This document shows, in pieces, positions 62,544 through 64,000 of a DNA stretch of 64,000 nt. Within the stretch, counting starts at the first letter, position 1, and the number at the start of each line of letters is the position of its first letter. Below the pieces are notes generated by a model, which saw nothing but the letters and a program-made list of their open reading frames with translations, was not told the DNA's origin and did not search any database. Location: NCBI GenBank assembly GCA_009859145.1, contig VRVR01000028.1, positions 222,438-286,437 on the forward strand, read 5' to 3'. The position numbers and the translations under genes were made by a program. Origin of the DNA: Andalucia godoyi And28. Taxonomy: Eukaryota > Protista > Jakobida.

Positions 62544-64000
62544 CTAAGCTTGCTTGGTTTGTAAGTCCACAAGGATTTCTGCTTGGCCTCCAACTGCAGA
62601 ATCGAGACCCGAAAGCTCCTCTTCACGACCGACACGGAGTAAGTCTACTCGCTTCAACAGGTAGCAGCACGTCAATCCCCAAAACAAGCACCACACGATG
62701 ATCACGAAAATGCCCAGAGATTGTGTCAAGAACAGCGAAAAGCTGCCGGAATAGAACAGGCCCGCCGGAAGAGGGTACGTGTCGCCGAAGAACGCAACGA
62801 GATATTCCTTTTCGGCAAACAGCCCAATGTACAAGATGCCATAGGCACCGCATCCAAAATGCAGTGGCGAGGCATCCAATGGATCGTCTACTTTGAAGCG
62901 AAGGATCAGCTTGGAAAGGAAAACATAGACGAAAACACAGGTGACACCGAGCAGAACTGCCCAGTAGGGCCGAATGAACACGGCACACGGAGTGATGGCA
63001 ACAAGCCCAGCGAGAGCCGCATTCATACTCAGCTCCAGGTTGTAGGACTTCTCCATGTATTTCGAGAGAAACAAGGAAGTAATAAATCCGACAGACGGAC
63101 ACAGCATCGTGTTCAGCGCCGACAGACTTGCAATAGGAACAACGCCGACAATTTTGAGCGTGCTTCCGCAGTTGAATCCAAACCAACCAAACCACAAGAT
63201 AAGTGTCCCCGTTGCGGCTAGAGCGATGTTGTGACCAGGAATGCTTCTCACTTCTCCATTTGTCCCAAACTTCCAAAGACGCGGCTTCAGCACAAAAGTT
63301 CCCGCAAACGCACACACGCCTCCAACGGAGTGCACGACAGATCCTCCAGCATAGTCGACGTACCCCCGTTTGAACAGCCAGCCTTCCACATTCCAGACCC
63401 AACAGGCTACCGGAGGGTAAATGACGATTGACAAGAACGCCATGTACAACGCATAACCCTCAAGTTTTGTGCGTTCTGCCATTGCCCCCGAAACGATCGA
63501 CAGCGTAGCGGCTGCAAAACAACACTGGAAGAACCAGTTCACATACTGGTCAGCAGCATCCTGCATCGCATAGAACGTCGTTCCCCAGAAACCTCGATCA
63601 GGCTTGCCGAACGCAATGCCGTATCCAACAAGCCAGAAGAAAAAGCCCGCAAAACTGGTGCACACCAAGTTTTTCAAAATGATTTGCTTCAAATTCTTGG
63701 CTCTTACCGCTCCACTGCACAATGGTCAAGCCCAAAAGGATTAAAATGTAAAAAAAGGAAGAAGAAAGGACGGATCAGTAAGTATACTCGGCTCTCGATC
63801 GATTTCTTTCAAAAATCGCTTTCAAAGAAGAGCTCAAACAAACCAAAACAAAACATACGCTTCTCTACATCACCAGCATCAAAATAATAATAATAATAAA
63901 ATCAACAAGTGAAAAGAAGAAACATGCATGTCAAAAAGCCGTTAGTTAAACCCCATCAACATCAGAATTAAATGGAAGGCACGGAAAAGGGAGACATACA
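62544..64000 (-). CDS. AMT: Second ammonium transporter, 5' end beyond the window; exons ...64000, 63864-63859 and 63714-62544
   Basis: VSGAMAER, DYAGGSVVH, LWFGWFGFN and DDPLDASPLH. Splicing rebuilds the conserved (L)EAGAVRAKN motif. Confidence 0.93.
63859..63864 (-). other. 6-nt microexon (AGAAGC) of the second AMT gene
   Basis: Flanked by a TGTAG acceptor and a GTATGT donor. Upstream intron 63999-63865 (GTATGT, CTAAC branch); downstream intron 63858-63715 (CTGAT branch, pyrimidine tract, TGCAG). Confidence 0.8.

Noticed and set aside
62544-63760. Apparent frameshift at the 5' end of the second AMT (GLT-I / LCSG)
   Set aside because: It is better explained by an intron plus a 6-nt microexon with canonical splice signals.

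Overview
Gene-dense, intron-poor nuclear DNA of a microbial eukaryote (standard code). About 28 protein genes are separated by short AT-rich, microsatellite-rich spacers, and only four introns are visible, all with GTATGT donors. The organism cannot be named from the sequence. Recognisable housekeeping genes: RNase H2A, a Cid1-type uridylyltransferase, EMG1, CWC25, an APC permease, RPN11, a RING-H2 ligase, CDP-DAG synthase, VPS54, glycogen debranching enzyme, an NT5DC nucleotidase and a SAM-kinesin-13. A nuclear RNase P RNA gene lies at about 12.4-12.8 kb on the minus strand. Notable items: (1) a dispersed, non-coding, heavily base-paired repeat family with four members (10.6, 23.2, 29.7, 52.0 kb). 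Their right end keeps an 11-bp tetraloop hairpin exactly 21 nt from a conserved terminus even where the hairpin sequence is completely replaced. This is a candidate non-autonomous HUH/OMEGA-type element or a structured RNA family. (2) A second two-copy structured repeat downstream of genes. (3) A glutamine-centred cluster: Gln-dependent NAD synthetase, glutamine synthetase head-to-head with an internally duplicated active-plus-dead glutaminase, and a MYB factor. (4) A PAS-adenylyl cyclase / AMT / actinobacterial-type KAS III / AMT cluster, with a 6-nt microexon in the second AMT. (5) An UNC-79-like protein and a SAP-HNH nuclease. Family assignments rest on motifs recognised by eye; no searches were run.
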